From the IMG/VR virus record IMGVR_UViG_3300016472_000848, positions 1 through 64,000 of that record: a DNA stretch of 64,000 nucleotides. One strand, written 5' to 3'. Every line of letters starts with the position of its first letter. Position 1 is the stretch's first letter. Origin of the DNA: an uncultured virus (IMG/VR IMGVR_UViG_3300016472_000848) (taxonomy: Duplodnaviria > Heunggongvirae > Uroviricota > Caudoviricetes). Shown here piece after piece: positions 36,413 to 46,582 of this stretch. Position numbers and translations under genes: made by a program. A model generated the notes under the pieces. It was given only the letters and a program-made list of their open reading frames with translations. It had not been told where the DNA came from and searched no databases.

Positions 36413-37081
36413 ATGAAACTACCTGCACGCATGGAAAAATTTTTAAATGATATTGCTTATCCTGTTAATCCAAATTTTAAGATAAAAAACAAAGCACACG
36501 ACTCTGGATTACATGCTTTTTTAACATTTTTTGGAAAACTTTTTAACCCTGAATTAAATACAAGATATATTACAGTACTACTAGGCGAATGCTGGTTTCC
36601 TGCTGATTATTTTGATGAAAATGGTGATTTTCGAGAAGATAGAGCTGAATCTGCTGTTGAAGTATTGGCACACGAAGTGCTTCATGAATATGATAGGAAA
36701 AGACTTGGAACGGTTCCATATACGCTACTGTATGCTTCTCCTCAAATATTTGCTGTGCTAGCTCTTGGAGCTATCGGTGCTATATGGAATTTATGGTGGT
36801 TATTATGCTTGCTATTTTTATTGTTATTGGCTCCAATACCATCTCCAGGTAGAGCTTATATTGAAATAAGAGGCTATCATACAAATATGATGTTAAGCCG
36901 CATGAAATCTTATGGAAATCCACAAGCATTAGCTGAATGGGCGGCAGAAACACAATTTTGCAGTGCGGCATATTATTTCATGTTTCCATTTAAATCTTAT
37001 GTAGTCAAGCGTCTCTTAGAGACTGAATACGAAAAAGAAGAAATTTACAGTAAAATAAAAACATGGTTTGAAAATAATTGA
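36413..37081 (+). CDS. HExxH membrane protein (putative Zn metalloprotease), paralog A
   Basis: LAHEVLHE, hydrophobic hairpin, YIEIRGY. Confidence 0.65.
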   Translation: MKLPARMEKFLNDIAYPVNPNFKIKNKAHDSGLHAFLTFFGKLFNPELNTRYITVLLGECWFPADYFDENGDFREDRAESAVEVLAHEVLHEYDRKRLGTVPYTLLYASPQIFAVLALGAIGAIWNLWWLLCLLFLLLLAPIPSPGRAYIEIRGYHTNMMLSRMKSYGNPQALAEWAAETQFCSAAYYFMFPFKSYVVKRLLETEYEKEEIYSKIKTWFENN

Positions 37082-37104
37082 TCTAAGTAGGCGCAGGAGT
37101 TTTT

Positions 37105-37818
37105 ATGATCATACCAGCAAAAGTTCAAAAATTTATAGAAGACATTGCTTATCCTGTTAATCCCAATTTTAAAATAAAAAACAAAGAACACAAAACTGGA
37201 TTATATGCAATAGCTAGTTTTTTTGGAAAAATATTTAATCCAGAATTAGATACAAAATATATAACAGTTTCTCTAGGTGAATGTTGGTATCCAGCAGATT
37301 ACTTTGATACTTCTGGAAATTTAAAAGAAGATAGAGTAAACGAAGTTATAGAAATATTGGCTCATGAAGTAATACATGAGTATGATAGAAAACGCTTTGG
37401 TACTGTTCTATACACAATAGCATACGCATTTCCTCAAATATTAGCAATATTTGCTCTAGGAGCAATTGGAGCAATATGGAATCCTTGGTGGCTACTGTGT
37501 CTAGCGTTTCTTTTATTTCTCGCTCCCATTCCAGCTCCGGGGCGGGCGGCGGCTGAGATTAGAGGCTTTCATATAAACATGATGGTCGCACGTTTACATA
37601 GATACGACCCCAAATACTATGCCGAATGGATAGCAGATACGCAATTCTGTAGTTCAGCATATTATTTCATGTTTCCATTTAGGAATTATGTCATTAATAA
37701 ATTAATGAAAACAGAATACGAAAAAGAAGAAATTTATATAAAAATTAAAAATTGGTTAGTTGCTCAAAAAAGAGCTGAATTAGGGGGGGTTCCCCCAGTG
37801 AGTGGAAGCCTACCATAA
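37105..37818 (+). CDS. HExxH membrane protein (putative Zn metalloprotease), paralog B
   Basis: LAHEVIHE, hydrophobic hairpin, AAEIRGF; colinear with paralog A. Confidence 0.65.
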   Translation: MIIPAKVQKFIEDIAYPVNPNFKIKNKEHKTGLYAIASFFGKIFNPELDTKYITVSLGECWYPADYFDTSGNLKEDRVNEVIEILAHEVIHEYDRKRFGTVLYTIAYAFPQILAIFALGAIGAIWNPWWLLCLAFLLFLAPIPAPGRAAAEIRGFHINMMVARLHRYDPKYYAEWIADTQFCSSAYYFMFPFRNYVINKLMKTEYEKEEIYIKIKNWLVAQKRAELGGVPPVSGSLP

Positions 37819-37882
37819 TAAGAAGATAGAATCTTAGTATAATACATATATTGTTTTACGTTCCTACTCTAGACTGAACTAG

Positions 37883-39730
37883 ATGGAATCAGAAAGCAAT
37901 ATAAAAAATAAAGTTATTTCATTTCTCATCAAGAATGATCTTTATATGTTTCCTTTGCATTCTATGGTGCAAGGGAAGTGTACATGTGGTAATTCCTCAT
38001 GCAGTTCTCCTGGGAAACATCCCTTATTGAAATACAATTGGAAATTTTCTGCTACAAATAAAATTGAAAACATAAATAAATGGTTCAATAAAACTGGTGT
38101 GAATTATGCGGTAGCTACTGGTCGTCTCTCTAGCGTTACAAATAAAAAATTAATTGTAATAGATGTTGATAATTCACAACATGAGATTATAAATCGTCTA
38201 CCTAAAACTTTTCGTTATCAGACTGGTAGCGGCGGTTGGCATTATTGGTTTTGGAGTAAATATTCTATTCCCAATTCTGTTAGCTATTTGGCAGACAAGG
38301 TTGACATTAGAGGAACAAACGGATATGTTATAATTCCACCTTCTATTCATAAAAGTGGAAATAGATATAATTTTGAATTTACAGAATCTATAGAACAGGA
38401 AATTTTAGATTTACCTAAAGAATTTTTAGATGCTCTTTTTTCTAAGAAAAATATTGAGTCTTCTATAAAAGATTCAGCAAATAAGAAAAAACAAAAAAAA
38501 CATGTAGTAACAGAAGATTTAAGATCCTGGTCACAATTTTCAATTAAAGAATTAAGGGATATGATTTCTTCTGGTAAGAAAATTCCAAATGGTATACGCA
38601 ATACCACTATTCATAGATTACTATCTTCTGACAGAGCTAATGGTATTGCATCTCAAGCTGAACTTTACTTGAACGCATCAGAATACGTAAGCTTCTGCGA
38701 AAATGCAGAAAACATAAGCAATGAAGAAATTAAATGTATTGTTGGTTCTGTATGCAAGTATGAGAGTAGAAATACCTCACATACAAAAGTAAATGAATCT
38801 TATTTCCAATTTATGGAAGAAAAAAGAATCTTTCTTTCTAAAGAAAGAAAGGAATTGATACTGAAGTTAGATAAAGATTTCTTCAACAGCTTATCCGTAG
38901 CCACAGATAAATCTTCTTATGTCGGAATTGAAGAAATAGCATTACAAAGAGAAAGATTATTCAAATCAAATGGATTGAAATCATATTCTAAATACCCAAA
39001 TCATTTATTGGCGGCAAAATTAAGAGAAATGGGATTCGAAAGAAAGAGAACTAAAAATAATAATCTTTGGAATGTAACATTCAATATGTTTATATTCAAC
39101 AATTATCTTGATAATATAGAACAAACAGAGTTGCAAAACTTAAACATGGAGTCAATCAATATGACAATGAAGGTCGTTGAAGAACAGACAATTAAGATTA
39201 AGAGAAAGAATCATCCAAATGAACACAAGTATCCCGGTCGTGCTTCGCAAGAGACTTCAAATGCAATTATGAAACTTATGGGAATTCTTGAGCCCGAACA
39301 ACTATCGGAAATGGAAAATAAATCTCTAGTTTTAGACGAGGAATCTACTGCACAACTTTTTGATTCTATACTTCCTGGCGATATTATTGGAATTGGTCAA
39401 TTCCAAGAGGGTAAGGGCTATGTTGCAACAAAGATGAAGATCGAAAAGATTGAAAATGATATTCTTTATGGCAAGGATGTGGCAAATCTAAAGAATCAAT
39501 TTGATGTCGAAGTTACTTTTGAAGATATGTCAATTGCTAATGCAATTGGATTTGCAGAGATTCTTATGAGAGATGATAAGCCATACGGAGTCGAACTAGA
39601 GGTTGAATATAAGGTTAGACTAGTAGAGGAAGAGAAGGCTAGCGCAGAACCTTCTGCTCCCGAAACAGAAGCTACCCATGCACCCTCGAATGAAACTACA
39701 GATACAAAAGCAGAGAATTCTAATGCCTAA
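37883..39730 (+). CDS. Bifunctional primase-polymerase (PrimPol) domain protein with C-terminal extension
   Basis: CTCGNSSCSSPGKHP, VIDVD, TGSGGWHYWF, DIRGTNGYVIIPPSIH, PriCT-like GIRNTT. Confidence 0.85.
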   Translation: MESESNIKNKVISFLIKNDLYMFPLHSMVQGKCTCGNSSCSSPGKHPLLKYNWKFSATNKIENINKWFNKTGVNYAVATGRLSSVTNKKLIVIDVDNSQHEIINRLPKTFRYQTGSGGWHYWFWSKYSIPNSVSYLADKVDIRGTNGYVIIPPSIHKSGNRYNFEFTESIEQEILDLPKEFLDALFSKKNIESSIKDSANKKKQKKHVVTEDLRSWSQFSIKELRDMISSGKKIPNGIRNTTIHRLLSSDRANGIASQAELYLNASEYVSFCENAENISNEEIKCIVGSVCKYESRNTSHTKVNESYFQFMEEKRIFLSKERKELILKLDKDFFNSLSVATDKSSYVGIEEIALQRERLFKSNGLKSYSKYPNHLLAAKLREMGFERKRTKNNNLWNVTFNMFIFNNYLDNIEQTELQNLNMESINMTMKVVEEQTIKIKRKNHPNEHKYPGRASQETSNAIMKLMGILEPEQLSEMENKSLVLDEESTAQLFDSILPGDIIGIGQFQEGKGYVATKMKIEKIENDILYGKDVANLKNQFDVEVTFEDMSIANAIGFAEILMRDDKPYGVELEVEYKVRLVEEEKASAEPSAPETEATHAPSNETTDTKAENSNA

Positions 39731-40610
39731 AGAATATTTCATTCCACCAACTACAGAAGTAATATTTGTAGCCGATTTATATTCTAATGAATATATTGGC
39801 GGTGCTGAATTAACAACCGATGCAATTATTAATTGTAGCAAAAAAAACGTATTTAAACTGCACAGCGAATCACTAACTCCTGAATTAGTTCAAAAAAATA
39901 CAGATAAATATTGGGTTTTATGTAATTGGAATCAATCTCCAATTGAAGGTAGAATTCAGTTAGTACAATCTGGTTGCAAATATTCAATTATCGAATATGA
40001 TTACAAATATTGCAAATATAGATCAAGCCATTTACATAAGTTAAAAACGCAAGTTGATTGTGATTGTCACACAGACTCCTACGGAAAATGGGTAGCATCA
40101 TTCTACAGGAGGGCAGAGCATTTATTTTTCATGTCAACAGGACAAATGAATGAATATTGCAAATGGTTTCCCGCACTGAAAAGTAATGCAAAAGTATTGT
40201 CTTCTGCTTGGGAAGAAAAAGATTATAAAGTCCTACTTGAAATAAGAAATAATAGAGCATCCAATGATAAATGGGCAATACTCAAAGGCGGATCATGGAT
40301 TAAAGCTCAAGAAGCTACAGAAGCATATGCCAAATCTAAAGGATTAGATTATGATTTAATTGGCGGTTTGCCATATGAACAGTTTATTCAAAAACTTGGA
40401 GAATACAAAGGTTTAATATTTCATCCTGCCGGATTCGATACCTGCCCACGACTTGTAATTGAAGCAAAACTCATGGGGCTACAATTAGATCTAAATGAAA
40501 ATGTTCAACATAAAGATGAAGAATGGTTTAGAACAGAAAATATAGATGATACCATAAACTATCTAAAAAATTCATACAACAGATTTTGGAAAATTATAAA
40601 CAAGGAATAA
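39723..40610 (+). CDS. GT-B (GT4-like) glycosyltransferase
   Basis: GGAELT at the N-terminus; FDTCPRLVIEAKLMG. Confidence 0.65.
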   Translation: MPKEYFIPPTTEVIFVADLYSNEYIGGAELTTDAIINCSKKNVFKLHSESLTPELVQKNTDKYWVLCNWNQSPIEGRIQLVQSGCKYSIIEYDYKYCKYRSSHLHKLKTQVDCDCHTDSYGKWVASFYRRAEHLFFMSTGQMNEYCKWFPALKSNAKVLSSAWEEKDYKVLLEIRNNRASNDKWAILKGGSWIKAQEATEAYAKSKGLDYDLIGGLPYEQFIQKLGEYKGLIFHPAGFDTCPRLVIEAKLMGLQLDLNENVQHKDEEWFRTENIDDTINYLKNSYNRFWKIINKE

Positions 40611-40613
40611 TTT

Positions 40614-41633
40614 ATGGCTGATAAGTTTTTAAAAGAATTTAATAATTCTGGAGATTTGGACTATAAGGATGTGTATATAGTACCTCAATACAGCGAAGTT
40701 ACTTCTCGTTCTCAAGTAGATACAAGTGTTCATATTGGCGACTTTAAGATTGATGTTCCCGTCATTTCCGCTAATATGGATACCGTTACTGCTGGTGAAA
40801 TGGCTCATGCTATGGCAGAAGGTGGTGCTATTGGAGCCATTCACCGTTTTATGACGGTTGAACAGAATATCCATGAGTTTCAAACCGCATCCGGTAATAA
40901 ATCCCATCCTTGTTTCGTATCCATCGGGGTAAATGAAGAAAGTAAAGATCGTGCTCGGTTTCTTCATGCTGCCGGTGCCCGTAACTTTGTTATTGATATC
41001 GCACATGGTCACTCACGAATGATGCGTGATATGATTACATGGCTCCGTGAAACATATTCAGATGTGTATGTTATGGCAGGAAATGTAGCTACTGCACAAG
41101 CTGTTAAGGATCTTGCTTCCTGGGGTGCTCATGCTATTAAGACTGGTATTGGTCCCGGAAATGTTTGCATCACAAAGAATGTTACTGGCGTTACCGTTCC
41201 TCAGTTTAGTGCTGTAATGGAATGTGCAAGTGCTCTGCATGATATATATGGCAATAAGCCTCTTATTGTAGCTGATGGTGGTATTACTGAGATTGGTGAT
41301 ATTGCCAAGGCTCTTGCCGCTGGTGCTAATCTTGTCATGTGTGGACGTTTGTTTGCTGGTGCCCGTGAAGCTCCTGGTGAACGTGTAGGCGGTAAGAAGG
41401 TTTATCGTGGCATGGCAAGCAAGGATGCAATGCTAACCATTCGTAATTCTTCTTCATTGCCAACGGCAGAAGGAGTTTCAACATTGATTGACGCAAGTGA
41501 GCATAGCGCAGTTGATATTGTAAATCAGATTAAGGGTGGGTTGCAGAGTTCCTTCTCTTATTCTAATTCTTGTAATCTCTGCGAATTCCAAATGAATGCA
41601 AAGTTTGGCATAAGACATACAGCAATGAAGTGA
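40614..41633 (+). CDS. IMP dehydrogenase / GMP reductase family, lacking CBS domains
   Basis: SANMDTVT, IDIAHGH, GIGPGNVCIT (catalytic Cys), ADGGI, YRGMAS, AEGV. Confidence 0.92.
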   Translation: MADKFLKEFNNSGDLDYKDVYIVPQYSEVTSRSQVDTSVHIGDFKIDVPVISANMDTVTAGEMAHAMAEGGAIGAIHRFMTVEQNIHEFQTASGNKSHPCFVSIGVNEESKDRARFLHAAGARNFVIDIAHGHSRMMRDMITWLRETYSDVYVMAGNVATAQAVKDLASWGAHAIKTGIGPGNVCITKNVTGVTVPQFSAVMECASALHDIYGNKPLIVADGGITEIGDIAKALAAGANLVMCGRLFAGAREAPGERVGGKKVYRGMASKDAMLTIRNSSSLPTAEGVSTLIDASEHSAVDIVNQIKGGLQSSFSYSNSCNLCEFQMNAKFGIRHTAMK

Positions 41634-41637
41634 ACGA

Positions 41638-41667
41638 AAATACCCCGATAGCGGGGTATTTCTATTT
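41638..41667 (+). terminator. Intrinsic terminator
   Basis: aaataccccg-atag-cggggtattt perfect hairpin with T-rich tail. Confidence 0.8.
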
Positions 41668-41802
41668 ACAGATATCAACAGTTATCTAAAACGATAATTG
41701 CAAATCATTATTTTTAGTCCTCTCTAAAAAATTTTATTCCAATGCTCTTTAAGAGCGAGTTTATGTTTAAAAATGAAATTTTAACATGTTATTGTAGATT
41801 TT

Positions 41803-42720
41803 ATGCAAAAAAAAGAACTTCCAGTATTAAATGAAAAATATATGTTGCCAACCGGTAAACATTCAATTTCGTATTCAGAAGCTTACGATTGGTTACAATG
41901 TAGCTTTCGCCACAAGTTAAAGCATATAGATAAAATATCGTTAGATAAGCCGAGTATTCATACGGAATTCGGAAGTTCGATACACGATACTTTAGAAGAA
42001 TTTATTATGACCCGTCATTCTATGACGGAAGAAGTAGTAGAGAAGACTATAAAAGATTTTTCCGAAAGAATGTTGAAACTCAAAGAGATTGATCCTTCGC
42101 TGTATTCAGAAAAAGAAATAGAAGAATTTTCTGAAGCAATTGGACCAATCCTAAAACAAGTACCAGGATGGTTAGATGAAACTTTTCCAGGTTGGCTACC
42201 CGTAGCTACTGAATGGAATTTATTTGAAGAAGTTCAAAATCAAAAAGAAAAATATTTCAAAGGATTCATTGATTGCATAATCAAAGTTCCTGTAAAGCAA
42301 AGAAAAGCTATAAATAAAAATTCTCCAATGAGATTGTCAGAGTTAACTGGCGAAGATCACTCAAATGATGAGTATCAGACAATAATTCTAGATTGGAAAA
42401 CTACGTCTTTTGGATGGACTCCAGATAAAAAACGAGATTTTCAAAAACAATTGCAACTTGTACTATACAAACATTTTTGGTGTAAGTTAAATAACTTAGA
42501 TTTAACGCAGGTAAAGACAGGATTTGTTCTCCTGAAAAGGACTCCCAAAAAAGATGGTTCTAGATGTGAATTCGTTCCTGTTTCAGTTGGACCTAAAACT
42601 GAGGAAAAAGCTCTTGATATAGTTCAAAACATGATAAATCAATTGCAACAGCGAAGATTTGTTAAAAACAGGAATAGTTGCATGTATTGCGTTTATAGCG
42701 GCACCAAATATTGTATATGA
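41803..42720 (+). CDS. PD-(D/E)xK Cas4/RecB-like exonuclease
   Basis: SYSE...QC, GSSIH, GFIDC, ILDWKT, QLVLY, CMYC...C. Confidence 0.88.
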   Translation: MQKKELPVLNEKYMLPTGKHSISYSEAYDWLQCSFRHKLKHIDKISLDKPSIHTEFGSSIHDTLEEFIMTRHSMTEEVVEKTIKDFSERMLKLKEIDPSLYSEKEIEEFSEAIGPILKQVPGWLDETFPGWLPVATEWNLFEEVQNQKEKYFKGFIDCIIKVPVKQRKAINKNSPMRLSELTGEDHSNDEYQTIILDWKTTSFGWTPDKKRDFQKQLQLVLYKHFWCKLNNLDLTQVKTGFVLLKRTPKKDGSRCEFVPVSVGPKTEEKALDIVQNMINQLQQRRFVKNRNSCMYCVYSGTKYCI

Positions 42721-42801
42721 TTAGCATTTTTATTAATTCATTAATTTTGTTGATTACTATAATAATTTTTATTAAAACTATTACAATGTCAGGAAAATAA
42801 A

Positions 42802-43809
42802 ATGAAAATAAGTGGATATACAACAATAAGAAATGCTGTAGAGATGGACTATCCATTTGAAGCCACCATAAGGTCATTAGCGGATTTTTGTGATGAGATT
42901 GTAGTGGTAGACTCATCAGATAAAGAAGATGGCACCTCGGCTCGTTTAGAGGCTTTAATGGATGAAATTCCATCACTCAATGTTTATCAAATCCAAATTC
43001 CCTGGAATGCTCCTAATCATGGAATATATGATGGTATGACCAAAGCATTTGCTCGTGAGCAATGTACTGGTGATTTTTTATGGCAAATTGATGCAGATGA
43101 AGTTGTAGAGCCCAATTCGAGAAAGAAAATAGAATCTGTATTGCAAAAAACAAATTATTTGAAAGATGTGCCGTTATTAGCTTTACCTGTTGTTGAATAT
43201 TGGGGTGGAATAGAAAAGGTAAGGGTTGATGTTAATCCGTGGAAGTGGAGAATTTCTAGAAATGATCCAAATATTACTCATGGTATTCCATCTCCTTTGA
43301 GATGGGAGAAGGATGGATTACTCTATTCAAAACCTGGAAGCGATGGTTGTGATTATATAAATAAAAAAAATGGGCTTATTGTGCCGTGTTTAAACTTTAT
43401 AACAAAAGAAGTAGACGACATAAGAGTAAAGGCAGTTTCAGATACGAATGCTGCAAAAGAATATGAAAAATGGTTCAATGCTAGTGTAGAAAACTTACCA
43501 ACAGTTTACCATTTTTCTTGGTGGAGTATTGCTTCAAAAATACATAAATACAAATATTTTTGGAATGATTCTTGGCTTTCATTATATGGAGAGAAGGCTT
43601 CTAAGCCTGAAGGTTGGAATCCATTTTTTCAAAAATCATTGAATGATGTTTCTGGTGAAGAAATTAAAATGAAAGCCAAACAACTAGCAAGTGAAACGGG
43701 TGGTCATATATTTCATACTGCTTGGACTGGACAAAAAACAAATAGTGTACGAATTGATAAACCGTTGCCATTTTTTATAAACGATTGGGTTAAAAAACAT
43801 GAGATCTGA
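42802..43809 (+). CDS. GT-A (GT2-like) glycosyltransferase
   Basis: ISGYTTIRN, DEIVVVD, QIDADE. Confidence 0.85.
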   Translation: MKISGYTTIRNAVEMDYPFEATIRSLADFCDEIVVVDSSDKEDGTSARLEALMDEIPSLNVYQIQIPWNAPNHGIYDGMTKAFAREQCTGDFLWQIDADEVVEPNSRKKIESVLQKTNYLKDVPLLALPVVEYWGGIEKVRVDVNPWKWRISRNDPNITHGIPSPLRWEKDGLLYSKPGSDGCDYINKKNGLIVPCLNFITKEVDDIRVKAVSDTNAAKEYEKWFNASVENLPTVYHFSWWSIASKIHKYKYFWNDSWLSLYGEKASKPEGWNPFFQKSLNDVSGEEIKMKAKQLASETGGHIFHTAWTGQKTNSVRIDKPLPFFINDWVKKHEI

Positions 43810-44473
43810 TAAAATTAATAATTGGTTAAATATAATTGATAAATCTTTAGAAAATGCCGAACAATATAAGTCGTTATTAAACCCAGAACTTACAAGAATA
43901 AAGGGATTTTCTGGTACAAAAACTAGGCATTTTTTAAACAATCTTGTTCAAGGAATAGGTGGTAGATATTTAGAAATTGGAGTTTGGGCAGGATCTACAT
44001 TTTGCTCTGCATTAAATGGCAGTAAAGTAAACGAATATTCTGTTGCTTGCGATAATTGGTCTGAATTTACTGGACCTAAATATGAATTCTTATCAAATGT
44101 TCAAAAATACATTGATATAGACAATCTTCCAATAAAGTTTTTAGAAAAAAATTGTTTTGAAATTACTTCTGAAGACTTACACATTGAGGAATATGGACGG
44201 TTTCCAATATGTTTGTATGATGGTCCTCACAAAAAACAACATCACTATGAGGCTTTGACAAAATTTATAGATTTTGTAGAAGATGATTTTGTTTATTTAT
44301 GCGATGACTGGAATTGGACAGATGATGTTGAAGTTGGAACCAGAGAAGCTTTCCGAGACTTGAATTTATCCATTCATAAAGAATGGGTAATGAAAACACC
44401 AAACAATACAGATCACGATATTGCGGGCTGGTGGAATGGATATTATGCGGCTGTTGTGAGCAAACCCAAATGA
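43799..44473 (+). CDS. Class I SAM-dependent methyltransferase
   Basis: YLEIGVWAGST, LYDGPH, CDDWNW. Confidence 0.85.
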   Translation: MRSDKINNWLNIIDKSLENAEQYKSLLNPELTRIKGFSGTKTRHFLNNLVQGIGGRYLEIGVWAGSTFCSALNGSKVNEYSVACDNWSEFTGPKYEFLSNVQKYIDIDNLPIKFLEKNCFEITSEDLHIEEYGRFPICLYDGPHKKQHHYEALTKFIDFVEDDFVYLCDDWNWTDDVEVGTREAFRDLNLSIHKEWVMKTPNNTDHDIAGWWNGYYAAVVSKPK

Positions 44474-45204
44474 AGAAAATATCTGTTATTGTAACAAATT
44501 ATAATCATTCTCAATATATTGAAACTGCAATTGATTCAATTCAAAAACAATCATATGAAAATATAGAATTGATTGTTATAGATGATTGTTCTACGGATGA
44601 CAGTAAAGAAAAGATTTTATCTTTGCAAAAAGAAAACTTAAGATTTCCATTAAAAACTATCTTTTTAGAAAAGAATAGAGGAAAGTGGTTTGCTTTAAAT
44701 ACGGCGATTGAAAAAGCAACTGGAGAGCTTATTACCCTCCAGGACGCAGATGACGCTTGCAGCCAATACAGATTAGAACTTCAATATGAAGTTATGCAAG
44801 GAATGAAAAGCTATCATAATTTGTGTGGCTTTTTTCATTGTTACTCAGAAGATGATATTCAAAAATATAAAAGTGTAAATAAAAATTTAAATCCAAAAGT
44901 GATGGATCATTCAACTGTTACAAAATTTGTACATCTTGGGTTTAAAACATCGGGGATTAATCATTATTATGTTGGACCAAATTTTGAAGCTCATGGTGCA
45001 TCATGTTTGTTTTATAAACAACTTTGGGAAAATGGTATGAAATTTTTACCAGGCAACATGGGATTAAGATGTCAGCGTGCAGAAGACAGTGACTTCAACA
45101 CCAAAATGACTTTATTGCTGCAAAAAACTTCCATAGTAATGGAATCCTTATATTTCTATAGGAGAAATACCTCTACAAATCCAGCATGGCTAGAAAATTT
45201 ATGA
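44470..45204 (+). CDS. GT2 glycosyltransferase
   Basis: ISVIVTNYN, VIDDCSTD, QDADD, AEDSDF; ATGA overlap. Confidence 0.9.
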   Translation: MKKISVIVTNYNHSQYIETAIDSIQKQSYENIELIVIDDCSTDDSKEKILSLQKENLRFPLKTIFLEKNRGKWFALNTAIEKATGELITLQDADDACSQYRLELQYEVMQGMKSYHNLCGFFHCYSEDDIQKYKSVNKNLNPKVMDHSTVTKFVHLGFKTSGINHYYVGPNFEAHGASCLFYKQLWENGMKFLPGNMGLRCQRAEDSDFNTKMTLLLQKTSIVMESLYFYRRNTSTNPAWLENL

Positions 45205-45219
45205 AACGGAATTTGACAA

Positions 45220-46038
45220 ATGCTTAATATTATTATATTTTCAAAAGATAGAGCTGCTCAATTAGATTTACTTTTAAGAAGTTTTAAATCTTCTCTCAGA
45301 GAATCAGATTCGTTAAAAATTAATGTATGCTATAATTTTAGCAATGAATTATTTCAAAAAAGTTATCTTCAATTGTCTAGCCAGCAAGAGAATATGAATT
45401 CTGTAGAATTTATTTCAGATAATTTATATGGTTCATTTAAACAGTCTTTAATTAAGAGTTTAAATATTAATAACAAGTTGACCATGTTTTTGGTTGATGA
45501 TATTGTTTTTAAATCGGAATGGTCATTAAATGACAATGAAATACAGTTTGTTAAGAACAACAATGAGATTATAGCGCATTCCTTGAGACTTTGGAATGGC
45601 ATTGATCACTGCTATGCTACAAATAATCCAAATTCAATACCAAAATTTGTAAAGGGATGCATTTGGAATTGGACGGCGGCTGCTGGTGATTGGAATTATC
45701 CAATGTCTGTTGATGGAAACATTTATAGAACAGATTTTATATTTGAAAAAATAAATCAAATTAATTTTAAAAATCCAAATCAATTAGAAGCTGGTCTTGC
45801 GGCAACGGCAGATCGCACGAAACAATATATGTCATGCTATGCAAAAGGGAGTAAATTGTTAAATATACCTGCAAATATAGTACAGGATGTATATGCCAAT
45901 CGACATGGCAACATATTAAGCGCAGAAGAATTAAATAACAATTTTCTTTCTGGTAAAAGATTATCTTATGAACACATAATCAATTATTCTAATAATACTG
46001 TTCATGTTGAGCTTCCCTTAAAGTGGATTGGAGAATGA
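45220..46038 (+). CDS. Putative GT-A glycosyltransferase
   Basis: IIFSKDRAAQL, MFLVDD, YPMSVDG. Confidence 0.65.
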   Translation: MLNIIIFSKDRAAQLDLLLRSFKSSLRESDSLKINVCYNFSNELFQKSYLQLSSQQENMNSVEFISDNLYGSFKQSLIKSLNINNKLTMFLVDDIVFKSEWSLNDNEIQFVKNNNEIIAHSLRLWNGIDHCYATNNPNSIPKFVKGCIWNWTAAAGDWNYPMSVDGNIYRTDFIFEKINQINFKNPNQLEAGLAATADRTKQYMSCYAKGSKLLNIPANIVQDVYANRHGNILSAEELNNNFLSGKRLSYEHIINYSNNTVHVELPLKWIGE

Positions 46039-46039
46039 A

Positions 46040-46573
46040 ATGTTAATTCCAATAAAAGAATGTATAAAAACGTATCAAGAAAAAAGAAATGATAAATTAA
46101 AAGGTGCCATTTATTTTGGCAAAAATTTAGGAACTAATGGTACGTTATTAGTTGAATCTGGTATTTCCAATATCCTTTGGATGGAATCTGAAAAGATGAG
46201 GATGGCAGATTTATATAATTCGACAAAATTTTTACCGGCAAAGCAACATTATGTTTGTGATATATTTTCGAATATTGACAGAAGTGGTACAAGCATGAGA
46301 TTTGATTCTTTCTACAAGAAGAATCTTGCATTAGTAGAATTAGAAAATTACGATTTAATAATCAATGAAGTTGAATTTGGTAATGAATTAAATGTTTTAG
46401 AAGGTTTTGGACAATATCTATCTGATCCAAGACATTCGGCTTTTAAAGCAATTTATACTAAGATTCGTGGTACAAAAGAAATGGACGATTTTTTATCAAG
46501 TTATGGCTTTGTAAGATCGTTAACAAGAGCAAGTCATGAAACCTGGGGAGAAGCTTTTTATATAAAGCTTTGA
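46040..46573 (+). CDS. Degenerate FkbM-like protein
   Basis: Colinear with the next gene (MLI..K.C..TY, EL.VL.GF, IYT, WG.A.Y) but lacks GAHxG and DVQG. Confidence 0.6.
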   Translation: MLIPIKECIKTYQEKRNDKLKGAIYFGKNLGTNGTLLVESGISNILWMESEKMRMADLYNSTKFLPAKQHYVCDIFSNIDRSGTSMRFDSFYKKNLALVELENYDLIINEVEFGNELNVLEGFGQYLSDPRHSAFKAIYTKIRGTKEMDDFLSSYGFVRSLTRASHETWGEAFYIKL

Positions 46574-46582
46574 TTAAGTATC

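Noticed and set aside
41803..42720. CRISPR-Cas locus
   Set aside because: A solo Cas4-like nuclease is common in phages; I saw no repeat-spacer array or other cas genes
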